This document shows, piece after piece, positions 1-8,882 of a stretch of 64,000 nucleotides of DNA. The stretch covers positions 128,001-192,000 of the forward strand of contig OZ219856.1 in NCBI GenBank assembly GCA_964291395.2. The letters run 5' to 3'. This DNA is from Alphaproteobacteria bacterium (GTDB lineage: Bacteria; Pseudomonadota; Alphaproteobacteria; UBA2966). The position numbers and the translations under genes were made by a program. Each line of letters starts with the position of its first letter. Position 1 is the stretch's first letter. The notes below the pieces were generated by a model that was given only the letters and a program-made list of their open reading frames with translations, was not told the DNA's origin and ran no database searches.

Positions 1-1221
1 CCGCTTCACGATCGCCTCCGCCCGGCCCGGCGCCGAGACGGAGAGCGTGTCGAAAAACGTCTCGTTGCGGACGGCGAGGCCGAGCTCGCGCAATCCCTCG
101 GCCAGGATCGACGCGTATCCGTGGACGCGCCCGGCGATGGCGCGCAGCCCGTCGGGCCCGTGCCACACCGCGTACATGCCCGCGATCACCGCCAGCAGGA
201 CCTGCGCGGTGCAGATGTTGCTCGTCGCCTTTTCGCGCCGGATGTGCTGCTCGCGGGTCTGCAGCGCGAGGCGATGCGCCGGGCGCCCCCGGGCGTCGAC
301 CGACTGGCCGACGATCCGGCCGGGAACCGTGCGGCGGTAGTCGTCGCGTGTCGCCAGGAAGGCCGCATGGGGACCGCCGAAGCCGAGCGGCACCCCGAAG
401 CGCTGCGAGTTGCCCACCACGACGTCCGCGCCGAATTCCCCCGGCGGCTTGAGAAGGACGAGCGAGAGCAGGTCGGCCGCGACCACGGCCAGCGCGTCCC
501 TGGCGTGAATGCCGGCGATGATCGCCGTGTAGTCCGGGATCGCGCCCGTCACGTCCGGGTACTGCAGCAGTGCGCCGAAGACGTCCGCCGCGGCCAGGTC
601 CGCGGCCTCGTCGCCGACGACGACGTCGATCCCCAGCGGCGCCGCCCGGGTCCGTACGACGTCGACGGTCTGGGGCAGACAGCGGTTCGAGACGAAAAAG
701 CCGTTTCCGGACGCCTTGCTGACGCGACGGCACATGGTCATCGCTTCGGCGGCGGCCGTGCCTTCGTCGAGAAGCGAAGCGTTCGCGAGCTCCATCCCCG
801 TCAGATCCGTGATCATGGTCTGGTAGTTGAGGAGGGCTTCCAGGCGGCCCTGGGAGATCTCCGGCTGATAAGGGGTGTAGGCCGTGTACCATCCCGGATT
901 CTCCAGCACGTTGCGGAGTATCACCGGCGGCGTGATCGTGCCGTGGTAGCCGAGGCCGATCATCGATTTCTGAACCCGGTTGCCCTTCGCCATGGCGCGA
1001 AGCTCGGACAGAACGTCCGCTTCCGTCCGCGGCCCGGGAAGGCGCAGCGGCGTCTCGGAGCGGATGGCCCGCGGCACGGCGGCGTCGACGAGGGCTTCCA
1101 GCGATGCGAGCCCGAGCTCTTTCAGCATCTCGGAGATTTCGCCGTCGCCCGGCCCCAGGTGGCGCCGGATGAAGTCGCGGGCCTGTTCGTTTTCGGCGCC
1201 GCCGGCCGTGCCCTCGCTCAT
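1..1221 (-). CDS. gcvP: Glycine dehydrogenase (decarboxylating) P protein, single-chain type; 5' part only, runs off the window start
   Basis: Hand translation from ATG at 1221: MSEGTAGG...DFIRRHLGP...[51 protein letters not shown]...[15 protein letters not shown]; lies downstream of gcvH. Confidence 0.95.
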   Translation of the reverse strand, partial: MSEGTAGGAENEQARDFIRRHLGPGDGEISEMLKELGLASLEALVDAAVPRAIRSETPLRLPGPRTEADVLSELRAMAKGNRVQKSMIGLGYHGTITPPVILRNVLENPGWYTAYTPYQPEISQGRLEALLNYQTMITDLTGMELANASLLDEGTAAAEAMTMCRRVSKASGNGFFVSNRCLPQTVDVVRTRAAPLGIDVVVGDEAADLAAADVFGALLQYPDVTGAIPDYTAIIAGIHARDALAVVAADLLSLVLLKPPGEFGADVVVGNSQRFGVPLGFGGPHAAFLATRDDYRRTVPGRIVGQSVDARGRPAHRLALQTREQHIRREKATSNICTAQVLLAVIAGMYAVWHGPDGLRAIAGRVHGYASILAEGLRELGLAVRNETFFDTLSVSAPGRAEAIVKR

Positions 1222-1260
1222 CTTGCTTCTCCCTCGTCCGCAAACGCGCCGTGGACCGGA

Positions 1261-1641
1261 TCAGGCCAGACTCTCCACGAATGCGGCGTATTCGTCCGCG
1301 TTCATGAGCCCGTCGAGCTCGCCCGGGTCGCTCACCTTGATCTTCACGAACCAGCCGCTTCCTTCCGCGTCCCGGTTGATCTGCGCCGGGTCGTCGCCGA
1401 GGGTCTCGTTGACCTCGACGATTTCGCCGCTGACGGGGGCATACACCTCGCTGGCGGCCTTGACGGACTCCACCACCGCCGCCTCCGAGCCCTTCGATAT
1501 CGACTTCCCGACGTCGGGGAGGTCGACATAGACGACGTCGCCCAGCTGCTCCTGCGCATAGTTGCTGACCCCGACGGTGGCCACCTCGCCTTCGAGACGG
1601 ATCCACTCGTGATCGTCGGTATATCTGAGGTCGCTCATCAT
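1261..1641 (-). CDS. gcvH: Glycine cleavage system H protein
   Basis: YTDDHEW, VGVSNYAQEQLGDVVYV, VESVKAASEVYAP (lipoyl Lys). Confidence 0.97.
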   Translation of the reverse strand: MMSDLRYTDDHEWIRLEGEVATVGVSNYAQEQLGDVVYVDLPDVGKSISKGSEAAVVESVKAASEVYAPVSGEIVEVNETLGDDPAQINRDAEGSGWFVKIKVSDPGELDGLMNADEYAAFVESLA

Positions 1642-1840
1642 CCGTTCCTCTACATCCGTGGCGTTTTTCGCCGGTAACCTGACCGGGGCGGCGAGATCGC
1701 CGGGCCGCCGGCACGCGAACCCGTCCGGGCACCGCGCGGCACCCGGCCTCCGGTCCGGTCCTGCATGCGTCGACCATCGGGAAAGGGGTCTCTCAAGGCG
1801 GCCTCCGACAGAGCTCTCCGCCCCCTTCGGCGGAATCTGC

Positions 1841-2046
1841 CCCCTCTGTCACTGGACCTGAGAGATTGACCGGCGCGTATCGGGTCGGAGACCTTGCCGG
1901 CTTTCCCCTTCGGTGGGAGTCACGTCAGCGTCCGGCGGGACTCCACTTTCCAGAGCGCCATCCTCCTGCGGTCCTTTTGCCTGAGAGTTTCCGGGGCGGT
2001 TGCTCCTTCGGCGCCGATTCCCGGGGAACCGGTCTCTCCCGCAAAG
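1841..2046 (-). ncRNA. Tandem glycine riboswitch (two aptamers)
   Basis: Minus strand aptamer 1: GCGGGAGAG...CGCCGAAGGAGCAACCGCCCCGGAAACTCTCAGGCAAAAGGACCGC; aptamer 2: CTCTGGAAAG...CACCGAAGGGGAAAG...AATCTCTCAGGTCCAGTGACAGAG; upstream of gcvH-gcvP. Confidence 0.93.
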
Positions 2047-2066
2047 ATCGTCTGGCTGTACGTACG

Positions 2067-2094
2067 ATGATAGGGGGCGGCCGGACGCTGTCAA
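2067..2094 (-). promoter_or_regulatory. Sigma70-type promoter for the riboswitch/gcv leader
   Basis: Minus strand TTGACA-N16-TATCAT about 20 nt upstream of aptamer 1. Confidence 0.7.
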
Positions 2095-2112
2095 CCGCCG
2101 GGTCCGACGAAA

Positions 2113-2664
2113 TCAGCGGCGGGATTCGTTGTATTCGAGCTGTTCGGGCGTGAGCTGGAAACCGATCAGGACCTGGTAATGCTGGCCCCGGTCCGGCCGC
2201 GGGAGCGGAATCGTCTGGGTCACGGTCTCCCGGACCGCGACCTTCCGGCGTCCCGTCGGGAACTCGGCGCGGCTCTCGAACGTCTCCTTGGCGATCGCCC
2301 GCCCGTCGGGATCCACGACGGCGGCGAAAAACGGGATGGGCACCGCGCCGGTCTCCGCCGTGGGTCCCCGCGTCGAGACGATGTCGAAGGACGTCTCCAC
2401 CTCCACCCGCCCGTCGTCGTAACCGCAGGCCCACGTCAGGTCCGACACCTGCGCCTCGACGACGACGTCGGTGAGGTCGCGGCCCGGCCCGGGCTTGAAC
2501 AGGACCAGGCGTTCGCCGGCGGCCAGGACGGCGACGTCGGGGCACGGCGGCGGCGGCGGGCCGGGGTCGAGGACGCCGCAGCTTGCCGTCGACAGGGCGG
2601 CGACTACCGCCAGCGTCAGCGCCGGCGCCCGAACGACGCCGGCTGCGCGACCGTCAGAGGGAAT
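2113..2664 (-). CDS. Putative lipoprotein, hypothetical; start uncertain (no ATG/GTG/TTG upstream of the signal peptide)
   Basis: Frame stays open upstream of the tracked ORF (2113-2448) and reads RAPALTLAVVAALSTASCGVLDPGPPPPCPDVAVL...; lipobox-like TASC. Confidence 0.6.
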   Translation of the reverse strand: MPSDGRAAGVVRAPALTLAVVAALSTASCGVLDPGPPPPPCPDVAVLAAGERLVLFKPGPGRDLTDVVVEAQVSDLTWACGYDDGRVEVETSFDIVSTRGPTAETGAVPIPFFAAVVDPDGRAIAKETFESRAEFPTGRRKVAVRETVTQTIPLPRPDRGQHYQVLIGFQLTPEQLEYNESRR

Positions 2665-2893
2665 TGTGGGATCCGTCGCAGTAGGGTTGATTTCCGGTCT
2701 GCTTGCAGCCGCAGAAGAAAACGGTCTTGCTCTCCTCGGCCTCCAGGATCACCGGCGTGAACGCCGTCGTGTTGTGTGATCCGTCGCAGTACGGCTGCTT
2801 GGCGCTGAGGCCGCAGCGGCACCAGGCATAGCGCTTCCCCTGCTCGACGTCCTCGGCGTAGGGGGCCTTCTGCGCGACAACGGGTTCCGACAT
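2654..2893 (-). CDS. CDGSH iron-sulfur domain protein (two CDGSH motifs, CISD3/MiNT-like)
   Basis: WCRCGLSAKQPYCDGSH and FCGCKQTGNQPYCDGSH; GGTGGAG SD before ATG 2893. Confidence 0.92.
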   Translation of the reverse strand: MSEPVVAQKAPYAEDVEQGKRYAWCRCGLSAKQPYCDGSHNTTAFTPVILEAEESKTVFFCGCKQTGNQPYCDGSHNSL

Positions 2894-3066
2894 GTCTCCA
2901 CCACCCTTTCTCAATTACCCTTTTCACCTTATTACCGGCAGCCCGGACCGGAGTCGAGCCCTATGCGGCCCGCGGGCCGTGAACGCCACTTCTCGCCACT
3001 TCTCACATCTTCTCACATCTCGTCAGGGTCCCCGCCTTCGGCTAAACTCCGGCGCGATTCTCGATC

Positions 3067-4011
3067 ATGAACAAGCCGTCTCTGCAAATCCTGCTCGCCA
3101 GTCCCCGAGGTTTCTGTGCGGGGGTCAACCGGGCAATCCAGATCGTGGAAAAGGCGCTGGAGATCTACGGCGCCCCCGTGTACGTGCGCCACGAAATCGT
3201 CCACAACCGGTTCGTCGTGCAGGGGCTGGAGTCGCGGGGCGCCATCTTCGTGGACGAACTCGATGAGGTCCCGGAGGACGCGGTCGTCATATTCTCCGCC
3301 CACGGCGTGCCGAAGGCCGTCCCGGCGGAGGCCCGTCGCCGGGGGCTGACCTACCATGACGCCACCTGTCCCTTGGTCAGCAAGGTTCACGGCGAGGCCG
3401 GGCAACATCACGCCGCCGGACGCCAGATCATCCTCATCGGTCATGCCGGCCATCCCGAGGTCATCGGCACCGTGGGACAACTTCCCGACGGCGCCATCCT
3501 CCTGGTCGAAACGGTGCGGGACGCGGAGACCGTCGATGTGAGAGATCCCGGGAATCTGGCCTTCATCGCACAGACGACGCTGTCCGTCGATGAAACGGCG
3601 GACATCGTCGCCGCCCTTCGCCGACGCTTCCCCGGCATCGTTGCGCCGCGGTCCGGGAACATCTGCTACGCCACGACGAACCGTCAATCGGCGGTCAAGC
3701 GGATCGCCGAGTCCTGCGACGCCCTCCTGGTGATCGGCGCACCCAACTCCTCCAACTCCCTGCGCCTGAAGGAGACAGCCCAGCGCCGCGGTTGTGCCCG
3801 CACGGCGCTCGTCCAGCGGGCTCACGACATCGACTGGGACGCGTTCGACGGAGTTCGGACGCTCGGCATCACGGCAGGCGCCTCCGCGCCGGAAGTTCTG
3901 GTCGACGAAGTCATCGAGGCCTGCCGGCAACGCTACGAGGTCTCGATCCGCGAGGTTTCCGCCGCGCACGAGGATGTGAGCTTCAAGCTCCCCCGCGCCC
4001 TCGACGCCTGA
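3067..4011 (+). CDS. ispH: 4-hydroxy-3-methylbut-2-enyl diphosphate reductase
   Basis: [42 protein letters not shown]. Confidence 0.97.
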   Translation: MNKPSLQILLASPRGFCAGVNRAIQIVEKALEIYGAPVYVRHEIVHNRFVVQGLESRGAIFVDELDEVPEDAVVIFSAHGVPKAVPAEARRRGLTYHDATCPLVSKVHGEAGQHHAAGRQIILIGHAGHPEVIGTVGQLPDGAILLVETVRDAETVDVRDPGNLAFIAQTTLSVDETADIVAALRRRFPGIVAPRSGNICYATTNRQSAVKRIAESCDALLVIGAPNSSNSLRLKETAQRRGCARTALVQRAHDIDWDAFDGVRTLGITAGASAPEVLVDEVIEACRQRYEVSIREVSAAHEDVSFKLPRALDA

Positions 4012-4029
4012 TCCGCCGTTCCAACGCCC

Positions 4030-4992
4030 ATGGCCGTCTACACCGAAGTCAGCGATGACGACCTGGAGCGGTTCGTAGCCGAGTACGACATCGGGAAGGT
4101 CACCGCGTTCAAGGGGATCGCGGAAGGCGTCGAGAACTCCAACTACCTGTTGCAGACGGAATCGGGGACGTACATCCTCACCATCTACGAAAAGCGGGTG
4201 AAGCCCGAGGACCTGCCTTTTTTTCTGGGATTGATGGACCATCTGGCGGCGGCGGGCATTCCTTGCCCGACGCCGATTCACGGACGCGACGGCGATGCCC
4301 TTCGCATGCTGTCGGACAAACCTGCCGCGATCGTGAGTTTCCTCGACGGCGTGTGGCCCAAGGGACGATCTCCCAGACACTGTGCCGAGCTCGGCGAAGC
4401 GGTCGCCCACATGCACGTGGCGGGGGTCGATTTCTCGATGCGGCGGGAGAACGATCTGCGTGTCGACGCGTGGCGCCCCCTGTTCGAGTCCTGTCGTGCC
4501 GGGGCCGACGACGTCGTGCCCGGACTCGAGGCCGACATCGCGGCGGAACTCGATCATCTCGAACGATCGTGGCCGAAGGCGCTGCCGGAAGGCGTGATCC
4601 ATGCAGACCTGTTTCCGGACAACGTGTTCTTTCTCGGAGGTAAACTCACGGGAATCATCGATTTCTACTTCGCCTGCAACGACTGGTTCGCCTACGAGAT
4701 CGCCATCTGCCTCAACGCCTGGTGCTTCGAGCCCGATCACCAGTTCAACATCACCAAGGCCAAGAACCTGTTGTCGGCGTACCGGCGCGTGCGGCCGTTC
4801 TCGGAAACGGAGTTCTCGGCGCTTCCCCTGCTGGCCCGGGGCGCCGCTATGCGTTTTCTGCTGACCCGGCTGTATGACTGGCTCAATCGGGTCGACGGTG
4901 CCTTGGTGAGACCGAAGGATCCCGTCGAGTACCTCACCAAGCTGAAGTTCCATCAAGGCGTGAGAGGACCGAGCGCCTACGGATTGGATTGA
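4030..4992 (+). CDS. thrB: Homoserine kinase type II
   Basis: MAVYTEV, GIAEGVENSNY, HADLFPDNV, IDFYFAC; ispH-thrB-rnhA synteny. Confidence 0.95.
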   Translation: MAVYTEVSDDDLERFVAEYDIGKVTAFKGIAEGVENSNYLLQTESGTYILTIYEKRVKPEDLPFFLGLMDHLAAAGIPCPTPIHGRDGDALRMLSDKPAAIVSFLDGVWPKGRSPRHCAELGEAVAHMHVAGVDFSMRRENDLRVDAWRPLFESCRAGADDVVPGLEADIAAELDHLERSWPKALPEGVIHADLFPDNVFFLGGKLTGIIDFYFACNDWFAYEIAICLNAWCFEPDHQFNITKAKNLLSAYRRVRPFSETEFSALPLLARGAAMRFLLTRLYDWLNRVDGALVRPKDPVEYLTKLKFHQGVRGPSAYGLD

Positions 4993-4998
4993 CTGCTC

Positions 4999-5451
4999 AT
5001 GTGTGCCGATTTCGTCGACATCTATACCGACGGCGCCTGTTCGGGGAATCCCGGACGGGGCGGGTGGGGGGCCCTTCTCGTCTATCGAGGGCGCGAGATG
5101 GAGATCTGCGGCGGCGAACGCGATACGACCAACAACCGCATGGAGCTGATGGCCGCCATCCACGCCCTCGAAGCCCTCAACCGGCCGAGCCGCGCACGGT
5201 TGCACACCGACAGCGTCTACCTGCGGGACGGGATCACCCGGTGGATCGCGCGCTGGAAGAAAAACGGCTGGAAAACGGCGTCCAAAAAACCCGTAAAGAA
5301 CGTCGACCTATGGCAACGTCTCGACAAGGTCGTGGAAAACCATGATCTTGAGTGGCACTGGGTCAAAGGGCATTCGGGTCATCGCGGCAACGAGCGCGCC
5401 GATCGACTGGCCCGGGACGGCATGGCGCGGGGCGGAGGTCCGCCGCCGTGA
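4999..5451 (+). CDS. rnhA: Ribonuclease HI
   Basis: [37 protein letters not shown]. Confidence 0.97.
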   Translation: MCADFVDIYTDGACSGNPGRGGWGALLVYRGREMEICGGERDTTNNRMELMAAIHALEALNRPSRARLHTDSVYLRDGITRWIARWKKNGWKTASKKPVKNVDLWQRLDKVVENHDLEWHWVKGHSGHRGNERADRLARDGMARGGGPPP

Positions 5452-5483
5452 GCGGCAAGGAATGCTGGAGGGAGAACGACGAG

Positions 5484-5972
5484 ATGAAGCGCTACAACTA
5501 CCGGGGCGTCGATCACGTCCACATCAACGTGACGGATCTCGACCGCGCCATCGACTTCTACACCGGTACGCTGGGTTTCGCGGTCGCCGGCCGCCGGGAC
5601 CCCGACAAGGCCTGGCTCAATTTCGGCCAGTACCCCGAGAGCGAGCCCCTGTGGTACCACAACCTAGCGCTCACCGAGGTGCCCGAGAGAAACGACAGAT
5701 ACTGGAGCCGCACCGGCCTGAATCACGTGGCGTTCGAGCTGGAGTCGCCCGAGGACGTGATGGCGATAGGCGACGATCTCAAGCGCCGGGGCGTCCGCAT
5801 CATCCGTGGCCCGGGCGTGCATGCCGAGGACATGACCTATCACGTCTACGTCGAAGATCCGGACGGCAACGTCATCGAGCTCATGGCCCGGACCGACGAC
5901 ACCCACGCCGAACTGCGCGAGTCCGCGGAATGGGCGCCGCCGCCGGGTTGGACACCGGCGGACGCGGATTAG
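5484..5972 (+). CDS. VOC/glyoxalase family protein
   Basis: DHVHINVTDLDRAIDFY, NHVAFEL, YVEDPDGNVIEL; GGAGGGAG SD before ATG 5484. Confidence 0.85.
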   Translation: MKRYNYRGVDHVHINVTDLDRAIDFYTGTLGFAVAGRRDPDKAWLNFGQYPESEPLWYHNLALTEVPERNDRYWSRTGLNHVAFELESPEDVMAIGDDLKRRGVRIIRGPGVHAEDMTYHVYVEDPDGNVIELMARTDDTHAELRESAEWAPPPGWTPADAD

Positions 5973-6040
5973 ACTCTTTACGATGGGTCCGAACGCCCCG
6001 GCGAATTGTCCCCATTCACCGTCGGTATGGAAGCTATCGA

Positions 6041-6523
6041 CTAAAGGTTCTCGAGGATCTTCTCCGCACTCGAGACCTCGTAGGCGCCACCTTCTTCCAG
6101 ATTCAGCGCGCTGACGACGCCGTCGTCTACGACCATAGAATAGCGCCGGGAGCGGACGCCCAGCCCCCGTTCGGTGAGGTCGAGCTCGAGACCCAACGCC
6201 TTGGCGAGCACGCCGCTGCCGTCCGCGACCATGGCGACCTTGTCGCCCACATTCTGATCCTTGCCCCAGGCATCCATCACGAAGACGTCATTCACAGACA
6301 GGCAAATGATGGAGTCAACGCCCTTCGCCTTGATCGCGTCGGCACTGTCTACGAACCCGGGCAGGTGCTGAGCCGAACACGTGGGCGTGAAAGCGCCGGG
6401 CAGCGCAAAGGCCACCACCTTCTTGCCGCTGAACAGATCGCCCGTGGAAACCTGCTCGGGACCCGATTCACCCATGACCGCGAGCGTTACGTCCGGGATC
6501 GAATCACCTACATGCACTGCCAT
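6041..6523 (-). CDS. Peroxiredoxin (Prx5/type II)
   Basis: PGAFTPTCSAQHLPGF, NDVFVMDAW, RSRRY. Confidence 0.95.
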   Translation of the reverse strand: MAVHVGDSIPDVTLAVMGESGPEQVSTGDLFSGKKVVAFALPGAFTPTCSAQHLPGFVDSADAIKAKGVDSIICLSVNDVFVMDAWGKDQNVGDKVAMVADGSGVLAKALGLELDLTERGLGVRSRRYSMVVDDGVVSALNLEEGGAYEVSSAEKILENL

Positions 6524-6630
6524 TAAAGCCTCCCCTTCGGTGGCGGGCGGACGGGTCGTGCGCCCTCGATTTCGAGTCCGAGAGATACTGATAATTCCCG
6601 GGATGTCCAGCCCCGGACGAATAGGGTCGA

Positions 6631-7485
6631 TCAGTGCGTGGGAACGACCGTCCGTTCGACCGCGCGGGCCCCGTCGACGAGCGTGATCGTCAACGGCTGG
6701 GGTGCGCCGTCCGCGGATCCCCCACCATCGATCGGGAGCTCCACGACGGCGGTGCGGGGGTCGTCTCCGAGATCGATCTTCGGCCGCCCGAAAAACACGT
6801 CGGCAGGACCTTCGACGAACACGTCAGGGTCGTCGAACGACGGACGGGCCTCGGCGCGGAGACGCAGGATCTTCCCGCCCGAATCCGCCGCAACGCTGGC
6901 TTCGACGATATCCATGTCGGAGCCGTCGCGGGCGGGAACCCGGGCGGCGAAGCGCCGAATCAGCGCCCGGTGTGCCCTGGTTACCGGACCGTCATCGGAG
7001 ACGCCGGCGGGGATTTCAAGTCGTACGTTCGCCTCCAACGGCACGCAGATGTCCTTGCAGACGGCGTAGTTGACATCGAGATCGATCCGAACGGACTCGT
7101 CCGGGCGCGCCGCGCGCAGGCGTACGGGAAAGACGACCTCGTCTTCATAGCCGTAAGAATCCAAGCCTTCGAACGGGATACGTTTCGGGGCCGGCCATGC
7201 CAGCGCCACGTTACGGACGTTTCGGGACGCCGACCAATCGAAGGACGTGGGCAGTCCGGCATCGCCGGGATTGCGCCAATAGGTCTTCCACCCCTCTCCA
7301 AGACGTATCTGTACCCCCACCTCGAGCTCCCCCGAGGCGGTGACCAAATCGTGGGCCGTGACGAGTCGGAGCTGGCTGAAATCCGTTGTAATCCAATTGC
7401 TTGCGGCTGCATGGGCGGGGTGCGCCGAGGTCAGCCCCCAGGCGAGCAGAAGAGTCGTCAGGACAACTGGTCGAGTGGGTGGCAT
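6631..7485 (-). CDS. DsbD N-terminal-like domain protein (exported)
   Basis: Signal peptide, GWKTYWRNPGDAG, YAVCKDICVP; start chosen at MPPTRPVV. Confidence 0.85.
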   Translation of the reverse strand: MPPTRPVVLTTLLLAWGLTSAHPAHAAASNWITTDFSQLRLVTAHDLVTASGELEVGVQIRLGEGWKTYWRNPGDAGLPTSFDWSASRNVRNVALAWPAPKRIPFEGLDSYGYEDEVVFPVRLRAARPDESVRIDLDVNYAVCKDICVPLEANVRLEIPAGVSDDGPVTRAHRALIRRFAARVPARDGSDMDIVEASVAADSGGKILRLRAEARPSFDDPDVFVEGPADVFFGRPKIDLGDDPRTAVVELPIDGGGSADGAPQPLTITLVDGARAVERTVVPTH

Positions 7486-7635
7486 CGAAACCTCGCGAAC
7501 CTGCCAAGCCCATGATGCAACACGGTCGACGATTGGGGAATTCATGTGTTTGTGATCGAGGAACTTCCTTGGTCTATAATCTCCCCGGTCCATATGTGAG
7601 ACGACCATCGTTCGCTTCCAAGTGGGGGTGCCTCA

Positions 7636-8208
7636 ATGGGTCCTGACCCTGACAGCGGATATCTCGAAGGCCAGATGCTGATCGCTATGCCGGGTATGGA
7701 GGATCCCCGGTTCCAGCGAACGCTGATCTACATGTGCGCCCATTCGGATCAGGGTGCCATGGGTCTGGTCGTCAACAAGGTGATGAACAACATCACGTTC
7801 CCGGATCTGCTCGAGCAACTGGGCATCCAGGGCAGCGGTCTCGAGAGAGATATCCAAGTGTTCTTCGGCGGACCCGTGGAACAGAGCCGCGGGTTCGTAC
7901 TGCATACGTCGGACTACGTTCAAGATGCTTCTCTCGTCGTCAACGACGTGTACTCGCTGACGGCTTCGGTCGACGTTCTCAAAGCCATCGCCGACGGCAA
8001 AGGGCCGGACAAGTGCCTGATGGCTCTCGGCTATGCCGGCTGGGCACCCGGGCAACTCGAGTCCGAAATGCAGTCCAACGGCTGGCTGCACGTACCGGCG
8101 GACAAGGATCTCGTATTCGGACCGGACTGCGAGGCGAAATGGGCCGCCGCGGTCGCCAAGCTCGGTATCGATCTATCGTTGCTTTCGGGCGAGGCCGGCC
8201 ACGCGTAG
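7636..8208 (+). CDS. YqgE/AlgH (UPF0301) family protein
   Basis: LIAMPGMEDPRF, GGPVEQSRGFVLH, GYAGWAPGQLESE, GEAGHA C-terminus. Confidence 0.95.
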   Translation: MGPDPDSGYLEGQMLIAMPGMEDPRFQRTLIYMCAHSDQGAMGLVVNKVMNNITFPDLLEQLGIQGSGLERDIQVFFGGPVEQSRGFVLHTSDYVQDASLVVNDVYSLTASVDVLKAIADGKGPDKCLMALGYAGWAPGQLESEMQSNGWLHVPADKDLVFGPDCEAKWAAAVAKLGIDLSLLSGEAGHA

Positions 8209-8253
8209 CCTCGCGCCTGTTCCGATGCCGGCGAAAGACCCCGTCCTTCCCCC

Positions 8254-8814
8254 CTATTCGGGGCGAGAGTCGGTCGAGAGGTAGCTGAACAGCAGGTGGT
8301 CCCGCCACTCGCCGTTGATGCGGAGATATTCGCGTGCGTAGCCTTCCTGCGTGAAGCCGACCTTCGTCAGCAGACGGCGGCTGGCTTCATTGGTCGGAAC
8401 GCAGGCCGCTTCGAGCCGGTGCAGGCCAAGCCCGTCGAATACATAGCCTATGATGGCCTGAACGGCGTCGGATATGTAGCCGTTTCGGGCGAAGCGCTTG
8501 CCAACCCAATAGCCAAGGGAAGAGCTCTGCGTGACGCCACGATGCACGTGGCTGAGGTTGAGTCCGCCGACGATGGCGTCGTCGTCCTTTCGCAAGACGA
8601 AGAAGGCGTAACCACGATCGTTCCGTGACTCGTCGGCATAGCGCCGAAGCCGTTGCCTGTAGGACGCCTGGGTCAGTACGTCGCGCGGCCAGGTAGGTTC
8701 CCAGGGAACGAGAAACTCACGGGACTCGGCACGGAGGCGCGCCCAGCTCTCCCAGTCGCGCAGCTCTGGCGGACGCAGATAGACTCTCTTCCCGACGACC
8801 TGATCAGCCGACAT
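8254..8814 (-). CDS. rimJ: RimJ-like GNAT N-acetyltransferase
   Basis: FLVPWEPTW, LGYWVG, LHRLEAAC, YLRINGEWRDH. Confidence 0.85.
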   Translation of the reverse strand: MSADQVVGKRVYLRPPELRDWESWARLRAESREFLVPWEPTWPRDVLTQASYRQRLRRYADESRNDRGYAFFVLRKDDDAIVGGLNLSHVHRGVTQSSSLGYWVGKRFARNGYISDAVQAIIGYVFDGLGLHRLEAACVPTNEASRRLLTKVGFTQEGYAREYLRINGEWRDHLLFSYLSTDSRPE

Positions 8815-8882
8815 CGCCGGAATCAATCCGCGCAGGAAAGTGCTCAAGAGATCGTGTCCCGCAACCCGACAGCTACCCGAGT

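Noticed and set aside
121-1677. 518-aa plus-strand ORF
   Set aside because: Antisense shadow of gcvP/gcvH, typical of high-GC codon bias; no recognisable motifs
1780-1840. Possible third glycine aptamer (CGCCGAAGG and GAGAG words)
   Set aside because: Motifs are out of order and the CTCTCAGG element is absent; better explained as the expression platform
2670-2791. Repeated GATCCGTCGCAGTA 14-mer
   Set aside because: Explained by the two YCDGS coding motifs of the CDGSH protein; not a CRISPR or mobile repeat
3013-5205. 730-aa minus-strand ORF
   Set aside because: Antisense shadow of ispH-thrB-rnhA
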